In this document: positions 1-11,847 of the stretch, one piece after another | How the letters are laid out: every line of letters begins with the position of its first letter | Position numbering within the stretch: the stretch's first letter is position 1 | Origin: Atractiella rhizophila | Lineage: Eukaryota | DNA length: 26,473 nucleotides | Assembly: GCA_021432655.1 (NCBI GenBank) | Contig: MU271214.1 | Span: 123,544 to 150,016, forward strand | Reading direction: 5' to 3' | The notes under the pieces: model-generated | The model's database searches: none | What the model was told of the DNA's origin: nothing | Seen by the model: the letters and a program-made list of their open reading frames with translations, nothing else | Made by a program: the position numbers and the translations under genes

Positions 1-550
1 CTCTGCATGTTCTGGTGCAGACCGTGCAGAAGACTGCCTTGTTGCCTCAATATATTTTCCAACGAGTCTGGAAACAGATGAAAACAGATGCATGGACAAG
101 GAAAGAACTGACTTAGGCGATTTTCCAGACGAAGGAGCGAACGCTCCTCAGCTGTGGCGCTGTCCAGTTGCGCCATGTGCGCGAGCTGTTCCAATTCTGC
201 TTCATTGAGCACCCTTCGTTCTTCATATTGGCAAATAATGGTGGTTGGATCTACTCCTTGAGCAATAGCAGACCGCCTACAAGCTCCACAAATCGGTCGT
301 GCACTATGAAGCCAAATTAAGTCAACAATTGGTGCAAAATAGGAATCATTCTCACGCGTCGCATCTGACTTTCTGGTTACCCGCAACTCCATCAGTGCCT
401 TTGCGCTTCCGTGGGAAAAGGTAAGGTACGCACTCTTTCTTTGCAGCGTTTGCATGCTCTACCTCGGGGGAGAGCAGGGAGAGTACCTGAGTTCTTCCCC
501 GGTGCATTCCCTACAGTCCTGTCTGCATTTATGCTTGTAGTTGGAGGCAT
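1..550 (-). CDS. Zn(II)2Cys6 (GAL4-type) fungal transcription factor, 5' part; continues past the left edge
   Basis: ATG at 550. Exon 550-434, intron (GTGCGT..CAG), 17-nt exon 372-356, intron (GTGAGA..TAG), exon from 303. Splicing gives RACKRCKERKVRCDAARPICGACRRSA...IICQY, a six-cysteine binuclear cluster. Confidence 0.9.
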
Positions 551-1995
551 GATCCGCCGCAAGATGAGATATCTGCTTGTTTGATACAACACTCCACTTT
601 CTCAGTTGACACGCTCTGTGGCTTTTTGTCTGGCCTGTCCCGCGTTGCATCCCACCCCATAGCAGCAACATTCGACTTTTAAATGCTCCCCTCCGTCCAT
701 CCAAGCGTCAGAAGCAGCTTTCCTCCTACCGCGACGGGCGGGAGTACAACGGTTACGTCTTCACATGCTTCCAACCGATAACAGTTTGGATGCAGGACGG
801 GGTGGAGAGTACACCGAAGCAAACTGGCGGCTTGACGGCTGTTTGCGGGAGGTGTTACCGGATGACTAAACCCTTTCTTATGCCCGGAGGCCACTCCTTC
901 CCGCGCGGCGCTTTTGAAGGAGAACCGCACAGACTCTGAGATTCCTGAAGCGCTTTCCATCAGGGTCGAGAAAGAGCTGTTGCCTATACTCTCCGGCACC
1001 TTCCCGTTACGCCATCCCAGAAGATATGGCACGGGCATTCTACACGTCTGCATTCTTCGGGTACCTTGGGGAAGTTATAATAAGCAACAAACAGATTTAA
1101 ACTGTCATGCGCCAGAGGGAAAGTTTAATTTAATTCGTTGACGAAAAGGCCAGCTCAGATATCAAGATCAGCATAGGTGCCCAAGGCGATTGTCACCTCT
1201 GCTTAAATCGGACTGGCAGGCAAAGAGCCAGTGCAGAATGAATTAATCAATCAGAGGTTGCCAATCAGGGTCTCTCTCAACTTGGTCAGCCTTCTTGAAC
1301 AGTCAATCTGGTTAGCCTACTGGAGCCTCACCACTTCCTCCTATGTTGCTGAGAGCAGAATGTCGGAGGTCGGTAGGCTCCCTCAACCGTACCGTAGCCC
1401 GCTCACCTTCTGGAGGTACGAAAAGGTCAAAGATTGATCGATTCTCCACTCAGGTCTGGAAGGGTGGAGCAACCTTGCGACCATTTTTAAGATGGGCACG
1501 TCGGGTACAACACCAGTAGGCATAGCGAACTCATACTACCGACAATGGGGAAGAGAGATCCTGTATCTAGTGTTTATGCTCAATACCTTCTCTTGCACAA
1601 GAGCACACATTATACATGTCTGTACATCACTATCTTCGTAACTTCACACTCTCATCCGTGGTAATAACGCTGCTCAGACAGCAGAAACTGGTTGAGATGC
1701 AGAACCAACGAAGGAGAACATGGCCCGGTCTGTGGAGCTTGGACAGTGCACGATGATGACCTGTAACAAAACCATGACGTGACAAAGTATGGATAACGTA
1801 GGAAGAGAGGGTAGACAGGAAGACCGTTGATACCCCTTTTTGCAATCTAACCCTCCAAACTTGTTACATCCCGACGCTCAACGAAAGACTTCCAGATATC
1901 AAGAAATCATGTTCCGTTTGGGCACAATTGGTTGCCTTTGAATAACGGCCAATATATCCCATTCTCTCTATAAACAGAACAACACTCACCACCAA

Positions 1996-2891
1996 TCAAC
2001 TCCTCCGCGCACCAACCGCAAGTCCCTCTCTCAGTATCAACCTCCTAATCTCTCCCTTGGTCTTTAAACTCCTATTCCTCCGCTTATCTCTCTCCATTGC
2101 CGCGTAATCGTCTCCATGAACATCCACCAATTCTTTCAACCACTCCTTCTCCGCGAGAGAAGAGTGTCGCGGCTGTCGTTGGGTAGCGGCTTGGCGAGAG
2201 AGGCTGGTTAGAGCGTCGTGGAACGGGGTTTGATTTGATGATGAGGACTCCGAAGGGAGATGAGAGGTTGATGTTGATGGAGGTGGAGGAGGGAGAGAAT
2301 CGAACGGCTTTCCCCACGGCGTCATCTCCTCCTTTTCCTCCTCTTCCTCCTCCTCTCCATCAATCACGATTTTGAGCACCTCGCCAGTCTTCTCGTCCCT
2401 TATAATCCGTCCAAATTGTTGTTCCCTCCCCTTCCCCTTCTCCATCTTCCCATACTCCTCTCCCTCTGCCTCCGACCCCTCGTGCTCTTCAATGGGAAGA
2501 TCATCGAATTCGAAACCCGCCTCCCTCCTCTTCTCCAACGCATACACTCCCGTATCTTCCAACGAACGTTCGACTCCTCCAGCCACCCCATTCACCTCCA
2601 TCTGCGCACCGGTCGCCAGACCCAACGCACGAAAGTTCTGCCGCGGCGTCTTCCTGCACACACCACAATAATTGAATGTCATGTATGATAAGCAGCGACT
2701 TACTTGACGTCCCAGTGGGCAGCGATCAGGGGAGGAGCACGCTTGATGACCACCTTCTTCAGCTTGTCCTGCTGCCGTCGGGACTGCTTGACCTTGGCGG
2801 TGCCTGAGCGCGCTTTCCGGCGTTGTCGTGGGTTTGCCTGTGCATGTCCTATGTCGATGAGGGACTAAAGCGGATGAAAGAGACATACCAT
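1996..2891 (-). CDS. NOP16: Nucleolar protein 16 (60S ribosome biogenesis)
   Basis: Exons 2891-2889 (ATG only), 2837-2704, 2653-1996; introns GTATGT..CAG and GTAAGT..CAG. Protein MANPRQRRKARSG...HWDVKKTPRQNFRALGL...SLAEKEWLKELVDVHGDDYAAMERDKRRN...TKGEIRR matches Nop16 N- and C-terminal motifs. Confidence 0.92.
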
Positions 2892-3070
2892 CGTGTGTTA
2901 TTGTGTGGTTTGGCTGCTCAAAAGAAAAAGTTTGGATGCAAGATTAGGTTCGGCCCTTTGCAAGCGGACAGAAAACACGACGCGTAAGAACCTCACAAAT
3001 CAAATCCACTCAGCACCTGCCACAAAACACAACACAGCAACAGCATCACAGTGATAGAACATCATTGATC
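2892..3070. promoter_or_regulatory. Compact bidirectional promoter region shared by NOP16 and RPN8
   Basis: 179 bp between two divergent ATGs. Contains ACGCGT (2980-2985) and CA-rich, 5'UTR-like flanks in both directions. Confidence 0.65.
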
Positions 3071-4422
3071 ATGTCGACGAAGCCGCCAGCCGGGAAAGAG
3101 ATCATATGCCATCCACTCGTCCTGCTCTCCATAACCGACCACCACTCACGCACGCTCAAGTCGTCCGCTGCGTCGTCCAACAAGCGAGTCGTAGGCGTGT
3201 TGTTGGGGCAGGATCAGGGCGGATTCGTCAATGTGGCTAATAGCTTCGCTGGTCTGTCTTTCTTCTCGCTTTTGCATTTCGTTTAATTGTTGCATGAACT
3301 GCTGTTGGGATGTGTTGTTGGATACGTGAACGGAGGCTGAAGGGAGTTGAATAGTGCCTTTCGAAGAGGATGACAAGGACGAACACACCTGGTTCCTCGA
3401 CCACAACTACATTGCGAGCATGGCAGACATGTTCAAAAAAGTCAACGGTTCGTCCTCCAGTCCACAACTCACAACGGGACAAAAAAGCTAATATCTAATG
3501 GTATCGATGAAAGCTCGAGAGGTACCTGTAGGCTGGTACCACACCGGACCCAAGCTCCGTTCCTCAGACCTCGAGATTAACGAGGTCATCAAACGGTTCT
3601 GCAATAAGCCGATCATGCTCATATGTGATGTGAGAGGCACGAAGGGAGGGCAGCCGGTGGATGGATACGAGGCAGTGGAAGAAATAAAAGATGTGAGTGT
3701 GCCCCTTCGTTCCCCTGCATCATTTGCGAGAACAAAACGCCGACTGTAACGAAAAACAGGACGGATCCGCCTCATCCTACACCTTCCACCACCTGCCCTC
3801 CTCGATCAAAGCCGAAGAAGCAGAGGAGATCGGGGTCGAACACCTCCTGCGGGACATCACCTCCCTCTCCTCCCACTCCAACCCCTCACTCTCCTCTCTC
3901 GTCCACCTCCGTCTCTCCTCCCTCCACGGCTTCCGTTCCCGACTGCTCGAGATCAGCGACTACCTCGAACAGGTCCTGCTGGGCAAGATGGAGATGAACA
4001 TCGAGATCGGGTACCTCCTTCAGGACATTTTTAACCTCTTGCCCGGCTTGGAGGCCGTAGAGGAACAGGGCAGTGGGATGCCTGTCGCCGTCAAGACGAA
4101 CGATTCGCTCCTCGTCGTTTATTTGAGTAGTCTTATACGAGCGGTGATCGCTTTGCATAATTTGATCAACAATAAAGCTACGTGCGTCACCCCCTTCCTC
4201 TTCTCTCATCTTTCTTCCCCTTCGAGTAGAACAAGCACGCTAACTCGTTTCTGGTGATGGGTTGATAGAGGAGGGATACCTGAAGCGGAAGCGAAGGAAG
4301 AGGAGGAAAAGAAGAGGGAGAAGGAGAGAGAGAGAGAGAAGAAGGCGGACAAGGAAGGGGAAGGGAAGGATAAAGACAAGGAGGAGAAGGAGAAGGAGAA
4401 GAATGATCAGCGGGGAATTTGA
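3071..4422 (+). CDS. RPN8: 26S proteasome lid subunit Rpn8 (MPN domain, PSMD7 family)
   Basis: Exons 3071-3251, 3355-3447, 3514-3692, 3760-4181, 4269-4422, all GT-AG and in frame. Motifs [113 protein letters not shown], then a KEKE-rich tail. Confidence 0.96.
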
Positions 4423-4524
4423 TGTGTTTCACTGATTTGGTCGTTCTCGTGCTGGTGTCGGAGGTGCGCTCTTTTCACACTTGAGAACTTGAGAGGGAGA
4501 CCGTCGTGCATTCGAAAAACGAGG

Positions 4525-5115
4525 TGAATTAAGAAAGGTATGAAAACCTTCATTGAGATACGCCGAGGAGAACGGCGCGAAGGATGTATGTTTGCTACTA
4601 TCCTCTGCTTGCAATCAGGGAACTTCGCTCTGTCCCACATCCTGTTTGAGTTCTCTTGTCGAAACAGAACTAAGGATTAGTTTTGTGTGTTCATATTGTC
4701 ATAAGATGGCCAAATGACCGTGCGTTGGCATTCCTCTGAACTCCAAATTTTGGCAACCAGAAATCGATGAGCGAAGAGACGGAGTGGTGGGGATATATTT
4801 TCAATATCCCATAGTTGTTCTCGAGGTGCCTTCCAAGGATCTGAAATGGTTAGACCATGGTTCAATATAGATACCAGATGATTCAAGCGCTAAAATAATA
4901 CATTCAACATCCCTCAGGAGTCTAGCAATTCTTTCCCCGGCACTCTTCTATTCGTTATCTGACTGGACTTAACTCTTAATCGACCACGGCAGTTTTGTGC
5001 CTTTGCCATTGCAGAAAAACAAAGTGCATGTCCTCGCACGAGAGACTGGGAGAGCCGCTTGGGAATAGGTTCCAAACCATTCGTTCCCAACAGTCTTCAC
5101 CGGTTAGTTTTCAGT
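4525..5115 (+). repeat. Degenerate copy of the array spacer (homologous to ~15792-16670), with an internal inversion
   Basis: 4525-4687 matches 15792-15967 (tgaattaagaaaggtatgaaaaccttcattgagatacgc ... gaaacagaactaaggattagttttgtg). ~5025-5115 resembles ~12195-12280 and ~16580-16670. ~4900-5000 matches the spacer only as reverse complement. Confidence 0.75.
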
Positions 5116-6589
5116 CAGGTACATAACCTGCAACGGTAATTGTTCAAAAAACTGGTCGGCGCTTTCCACAGGCGTCACTAATGTTGCCTGGTCCCCCAAG
5201 ATATGGAACGCATCGGACTTGCCAAAGCCTCCAAACGATGACTCTCTCCTGCTTGTGTCTTTCCTGAGTGGTCGATGAAACCTGTTGGTGTTTGAACAAG
5301 TCCCTGCCCATCCACCTCTTCCTGGGGTTCCAGTTGACGAATCGACACCGCCTATCTCATTCGACTTTCTTTCTAATTCACAATAGCTTCATTCACGCAG
5401 ATCAAATTTCAAAGAAAGCGTCGCTCGTGGCACGCGAACGCAACAAAGCAAAACATTCCGTCACGGAAATGATAGCGACCTGTCTTACAAATTGCGAGCG
5501 ACGCAGATGTTGATGATTGATGATACCCACTTGCATCAACGTCCGCAATGCCCGGGACAGCGTTACCATAGGGATAATCTCTGTCGTTGTTGGGTGATGA
5601 TTTGCAGTGTTGTGTCCTCCGGATGGGGGCAAGGGTGAAGGCAAGCGCGCTGTTGTCACTGATGGTGAGATTTGCGACAAAAAAAGGTCAGCATTATCTG
5701 TTTGCAGATGCTTGTGGGAGAAGAATGACAGCTACAATTCGAATGTCAAAAGCGACGTCAACGGAGGAACAGACGTACGATGCAACAGACGGTATGTGAG
5801 AGGAGAGAAAGTATACCAATTTTGAGAATTTGAGAGAGGTACGTGGGAAGATTGGTATGCGAGTGGATTGGCTGCGTCGATCACGTCAGTTCATCTTCTA
5901 TCTATCGATGGAAAGCAGTCGTCGCGTCGGACGATGGTTCCTGTCATGATGCGTCAGTACAGAAAGTGCAGTACTCTGAGCGAAGTGGACTTGCTTATGC
6001 ACAATGACCGAGAAAATGCAGAGAAGACGGTGTGTCACAGCCGACCAGCCAAGATCCAAGCAAGGACCTACGTTCACGTCATTATTCTGCTCTTCCAGAA
6101 ATGGGAAATGCACTAACCTCAATTTTCCCCTTCAGGACTGGTTTGGGGTTCCCCCAAATACAGAGAGATGATCCTCGCAGTTAGTCCAATAGCTTGGATC
6201 GAAAGGTGACTTGAGGGAAGGGCGTCCAGTGTTGGGGGAGAGAGAACAAAAAATCCAAAGGGTGAATCCTCTTCGCTAAGAACATCGACGTGACAATGAG
6301 CGAACCAAGTTAGGTGAGCCTGCTAGAGTAAAGGGGACGGAAATCGAGCCAAGGCATTTGATGTCGATATTCAGTCGTGGAGAAGTTCTCAGGCTGGCAC
6401 TAATCTCGAACTGCTCTTCTTGGCAGACAAATTGTCTTTGGATGAGGGTGCGGAGCATGCTTTTATGCCTCCAGGATGAGAACAGGTTTTGGACGCAGAA
6501 GAGTGATGTAGATAATATCAGTCAACACTGCTGCCAGAGCAACGTAGCCACTCAACCACTATCCACTGATCCCTTCCTGTAACAAGGTG

Positions 6590-6800
6590 CTTGTAACTTG
6601 TCACCTTTTCACAGAGATGAATTATTCGTTTCGTCATTTGGGAGAACGCGGAGGCATCTTCGCCCATTGTTATTATCAGATGCACACTGTGATTCGGTCT
6701 ATTTTGATTAAATATACAGACAATTGCCCTCTCATTTCTGAGATCTGCTGAAGGAGGACCTACAAAGAGGACAGTTTTGTTGGGTGTTTGCAATTTGGGT
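6590..6800 (+). repeat. Degenerate repeat copy A (partner ~8525-8746), possibly a decayed exon
   Basis: Collinear shared blocks: tgggagaa, atcttc, ttgttatt.tcagatgc, ttgccct(c)tcatttctgagatctg, agaggacagttttg, ggtgttt.caattt.ggt. Confidence 0.7.
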
Positions 6801-8524
6801 AAATTGGCTTCGAACCGGCAGTCTGAGAGTGGGAAAGGAACACCATTAAATTAAGCTCATGCTTCGTACGTCCGCTGAGAAGGTGATAGATTAGGAGGAT
6901 AAACCTCTAAACAACTCCAAACTCATGGTCACCAATACAGATCACTTCTTCATCACGTCACAAGCAAACGAGTAAACGTACTCCGTCTGACAAAGAGAAG
7001 TCCCAGACGGGCTCCTCAGCCAACTTCCTTCAAGGTGTAGTCACAAGGGGCGGAGCGTGGAACTCATCCCCTTATGCCGTATGCCGTTGTCACTGGGAAA
7101 CGCTAAGAACGCGAGCAGTAGCTCATCAAACAGGTTGAGAGACATGGACTCGGTGAGAGGCTTGCCTAATGTCGAAGGTCGGACGGATGTTTTGTTTTGG
7201 TTGGACAAGGTTAAACCAAATAGCTGGGCAATGGACTTTGATGCATTGTTCGGCTTGCCGTACCTACGTTTGCCCAAATGGCTCGGGTGATCGAGGGCTG
7301 CATTCACAATGCTTATCTGCTTATGTAACAGTCGTATTAATTGACAATTGAGTTGCCTGGGCGTAAAGTTCTGGGGAGTCCTGCCGTATTAAAAGGGTAG
7401 AAGGGTGGTGAGGGGCAACTTCTGCCATCTACTTCTGCTTCGTGAATCAGAGTCACATTCACAGCATCGCACACTTTTCGTAGGTCCAGTATCTGAAACA
7501 TGAATGCCATTCTGACGAAGTGTCCATTTATGTGTTTCAGCACCTCTCTATGGCCAGTCACATCAGGACCAGTCAAACGTCGTCGTTTCCCAGTGGGCAA
7601 ATCCTATTCCGTCTTATCCAACCGTGGATTAATTGGCTCCATCCCAGGCTCGAAGGCGCTTGTCGATGCCCCCTTCCTCTGTCGAACCACACATGCTCCA
7701 GATCATTTTGCTTCGGCTTTGCTCAAACCGTCGAACCCGACCTGTTTCTCGCTTGAATATCTCTGATATTTGGAGCACGTAGGAAATGGCAGTGTAGCCA
7801 AGCGACTCTTTAAATCACCCACGAATGGAAGTCACAGGTTCGGCGTCAGTTCGTTGAGAATTGACAGCGGAGCGTCCTTCTAGCAAGCCGCAGCTTCTCC
7901 CAACACAGTCTCGGAAGAAAACCACCGTCCTGTCGATCATCTAGTCTAGCTCGGCAGTCATTGTGCAACTCTCATTCACCGTAGCCTTCGTGGTTTACTC
8001 TATCCCACATTTGCCTGTCCAGCGGCTGTCTCTCATCTTCGACTCAGCGAGTGCCAAAGAACCCTGCGTATTTGTAATCGACAAAATGTCTTCCATTGGA
8101 TCAGGATCAGGAATAACGTTTCAGCTGCTTACAGCAAACTAATTCTGAGAGGCAGTCGTGCTGCTGCTGGAAAGGACCCTGATTCGAACAAAAATCACGC
8201 TTGGCTCGGTGGGATAGTACTTCGTGGGCTTGCCGCCAAAGCGCTCCTGTTTGGAGTGAAGAGAAGCTAAAACCAGCGAAGAGCAGGTATCGGGACAGTC
8301 GTATCCGCTTTAAATGGCGCCTTGATTCGATCGGTCAAAACCAGTCCTGGACGATAGGTCACTTATCCTTTATTATCCTTTCTTTCGCCCAACGCCTCTC
8401 TCCCTCTTGGTAATCCCAGAAATACTAGCGGGAAACGTGGGATCAGTGAGCAGACGTGATGATAGTGATAGTTAGGGTAGGATCAGAGTTTGGGGACAAG
8501 CTTGAGAGCGTATTTTGTCGAGCA

Positions 8525-8746
8525 TAGGTAAGTTATACCTTCTTTTGTCTGCCCAACTCGCTGCCGTCAGTTGGGAGAATTGTGGTATCTTCATCCTTTG
8601 TTATTTTCAGATGCTATTGCATAGCCAGTATCATTCCGTCTACTTCGATTGAACGTACAGGCCGTTGCCCTCATTTCTGAGATCTGTTAAAGAACGTACA
8701 TCCGGGGAACTAGAGGACAGTTTTGCTCGGTGTTTTCAATTTTGGT
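8525..8746 (+). pseudogene. Degenerate repeat copy B; decayed exon reading WENCGIFILCYFQMLLHSQYHSVYFD*
   Basis: An intron-like GTAAGT..CAG (~8528-8570) is followed by a reading frame with an internal stop. Homologous to 6590-6800. Confidence 0.35.
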
Positions 8747-9496
8747 TGATGGTTGACAGAAAAGTTATTCCTATAACGATTTCTGGTTTTGCGATGAGAC
8801 GAGAGCTTGGAGTGGAGCCATAGAGGCTCCTGTTATGAACCGAAGGCTGAAGGGGTGCAAGTGCACGCGATCACACAAACTCTTTTTGCCCGATGCTGAG
8901 ATGCAAGGTTGTTAGTAATGAGATTCGAACATATCACATCTGCAGTACGGCAGACAAGGGTTGTTTCTAGTCTCCTGACAGTAATTTGCCCTCCCTGCTC
9001 AAAGGAGGAAACGGCCCCAAACCGACGTGATGCGGAGCTGTTTGCGAATACGGAAGGGAATGGCTTTAACCTTACAATAGAAACGTGACCAGGGTTGTGC
9101 CCTGCAGAGAAAAGGGATCTTACTCAGTGCCACGCATTTCTTCATTGTCCCTGTTCCTTTCATGCTCGTCAACACGGAGCCAGAGGCAGGTAGATGAGCG
9201 AAGTCATGCAGGACCTCCAATTTCCTTGGAAACGATGAAAGGTGGAGGGAAAGTTACGGCAGCGATACCAGATGAAGCTGAATTTTACATTTGAACAAGG
9301 CCAATCTGGCTTAGCAGCCCACCCCTTGTTATTGAATGGACTAAAAGGACCGCATTACCAAATCTGGCACAACTTACCGAAGTATTTGTCGCGGTAATCT
9401 GAGCCATAAACCTTAACGGACTTCTCAGTGGGAGGATGAAAGTCGTCCACCACCTTCGTATCTCTTCTTCATTGATTGAGCATCAGTTCGTTTTCT

Positions 9497-10773
9497 ATGG
9501 GAGAATTCTACAATCCTGACGAGTGGAAGATGGGAGACCCTTACATCAACTCTGTCGATCCGTTTTGGGCGACCCATTCGTTTCCGATGAGGTATCCTAC
9601 GTCGTTAGACAGACAAGCCGCCGAGGTTGCATCGCGCTTATCCCCCCCACATCACTCTCTAACTCCTACCTTCTCCCAGTTCGATCGTTATATCCCCTTG
9701 AATCCGGGTGAGATTACCCAGGTTTCCATGGAGCAATCAGGGAATCTAGACTTTCAAGTACCCATGGCGGACGATCAGCCCCTCATCCCAAGTCAGTCAG
9801 GCCTCCTGGAATCCTCTAATCAGCCATCCGCACATTATACTCCTCTCACGGCCCTGCGCTTGAACCCAATATCGGCTGGAGATCCTCCAGGGCCCAGACA
9901 AACTTATCCGGGTTCCACTGCGCCTGGCGCAAACACAGGTGCGCGCCTGCCTACCGACAGTTATGTTTTCATATGCTAACGATTTGTAGGATATGAGAAC
10001 ACCTTGCAAACTGCAGATGCCATCTTAAATCGGCGAAACAGTGGGTTGATTTTCTTACCTGTTTAGCATGAGCTAACGTAAATGCACAAGCTTATATGGA
10101 AACGACTGCCCCAGCAGTGACAAGTGGCCAGAGTGAGTTCCTTCCCTTTGCGCTCGCTAACTGTCGCCATGCTGAATGACATGCAGACAAAGCGGCTCCG
10201 CGGGAGAAAACGCTGAAGATTACCCCGCTTAATCGAGAGCTCACTCTCTATTTCGAAAGAGTCGCCAAAAAAATTTGGTTGCTGGAAGAACTGCATCAAC
10301 AACGTCGCGACCCAGTTGCAGAAGGCTTAGAAGGTCCAATTATCTTTGGTCCAAGAACCAATCGAGCATACGTAAAGGTCACTTACGGTGGGAAGGAGTG
10401 CTTACCTTCAGCGAAGAGTCAGACGGAGCGTAACAGTGCGGGTACTTTCTCCTGATGTTGTTGTTCTGATCGAGGGGACAGATTTTCTAAAAGGTCAATT
10501 GGCAGCAATTGGCAGGCCCATTTATCCCATGTATTGCTTCTTGACTGATGATGATGTTTACTCAAAAGGTGATTGCGCGCACGGGCGAGGATTCAAATTT
10601 TCGGGCAAACGACCAGCAGTTATCATGTAAGACCATTCCATATTTTGCTACACGCACAAAACTCGCTGCTTACGAATCAATGTAGGATTCATGTGGTCAA
10701 TAAACAACAGTGCACACTCTACAAGACTCATCCAGACTTGGTTCGATTTGCCGAGTGGTGTCGCGATATCTGA
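9497..10773 (+). CDS. Hypothetical protein, ~340 aa, 6 exons; P/S/Q-rich N half and a globular-looking C-terminal domain
   Basis: Exons 9497-9938, 9990-10040, 10091-10132, 10187-10441, 10482-10626, 10686-10773. Five GT-AG introns of 40-59 nt, three with GCTAAC branch sites, splice into one stop-free 1023-nt frame. AATAAA follows the stop directly. Confidence 0.8.
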
Positions 10774-11206
10774 ATAAAAAGCCGCCACTTCGCTCAACAT
10801 TCACATTATAGTTCTCGTGCCTTGTTCCCTCCTTTCTTCCGCTTCATTGCTATTGTCCGTCTTCCATCCCCATCCCCAGCACTTTGAATTTGTTCAATCG
10901 CAAAACCACAGCAACATCAGTTTCATCATAATATCATCAGTAGCAGCAACGTCCATCGTCATTCCAACTTTTTCGCCGTCTGTCGTGGCTTGATTTCCTT
11001 CGAACAAAAGCCAACCTTGGGCTAACCGCTTCGTTACCGTCTTCAGTTCTAAACTTCTAATTGCGAGCGTTCTCCATTCCATTTGGGTCCGTTGACGCAG
11101 GTATGAGGTTGTTTGTTGATAGATGATTGATTGCTTGAGCTGCTTTGGTACGCTAGGTTTCCAGTCTGTACGCACCTACACTTTGAATTGTGCAGCCCAA
11201 ATAGAT

Positions 11207-11790
11207 TCAATAGAAAGCAGTATTGATACAGTCCATGTCGTGTGGGCGAAGTGAAAACTTGCGTCTGCACAATAAACTGACTCGCAATGAGTGGAGCACC
11301 TACCTTGCTTCCACCTTCGTCTCTACCTGGACGATGACCATCACACCAGTATAGCTAGCTCGTAACTTCTCCTTCCTTCGCCGCTCTTCACTCTGACGTT
11401 TAGTGTCTGGTGGTTCATTGGACGGTGAAACTGTGCAGAAGTGGATCGCTACATCCTTGAGGGAAACTGCGGCTGCTGCCACCGTCAAATGATTTTGCTA
11501 CAGATCGAAGGTGGAGGACTATGCGCGCAGCCATTATTGTTGTGAATGTTAGAGTGAGCGGACAGTTCAGCGTTGGGTTTTGGGTTGCTTTCTGTAGAGA
11601 GACTGCGTTATTTTGCAGATAATTCGGTGTGAAATTTGTATGCACAGATGTGAAGAAGATACGAACGAGAAGAAAACCACCTTAACTCGTTTGCAAATTG
11701 ATAAGACGATGAAGTAGAGAACGCCGTCACGAATGAAGACGGAGAGGAGGAGGCCGGTGCCTGGTGTAGCGCCGCTGGAGGACGAGCCCT
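11207..11790 (-). pseudogene. DUF6533-like membrane protein gene fragment (copy 1): last three exons only, frameshifted
   Basis: VFIRDGVLYFIVLSIC, intron GTTCGT..CAG, NPTLNCPLTLTFTTIMAARIVLHLR, frameshift before EPPDTKRQSEERR...VEAR. Homologues of exons 1-7 are absent upstream. Confidence 0.85.
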
Positions 11791-11847
11791 TTTTCGATGA
11801 GTTAGCAATCAGAATAAGCAGGGGATTTCGAGGATTTCAGAGAGGGC

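Noticed and set aside
679..1845. Several 66-124 aa ORFs between the transcription factor and NOP16
   Set aside because: No recognisable motifs and no consistent splice model; treated as promoter/intergenic DNA.
1996..2886. 296-aa single-exon ORF from the ORF track
   Set aside because: Its N-terminal ~78 aa are intron and off-frame sequence. The spliced model restores the Nop16 N-terminus MANPRQRRK.
3012..3027. Possible PACE (Rpn4) element upstream of RPN8
   Set aside because: Only the 6-nt GTGGCA core matches (- strand); too short to support.
4275..4405. GA-rich, microsatellite-like tract
   Set aside because: Explained as the K/E-rich coding tail of RPN8.
7041..8096. Run of minus-strand ORF fragments suggesting a gene
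   Set aside because: In-frame stops, no coherent exon chain and no recognisable family. It may be a relic, but I cannot support that.
10894..11175. 93-aa minus-strand ORF repeated identically at 14554-14835
   Set aside because: The identity reflects the recent duplication tract, not selection. Non-ATG start and no protein features.
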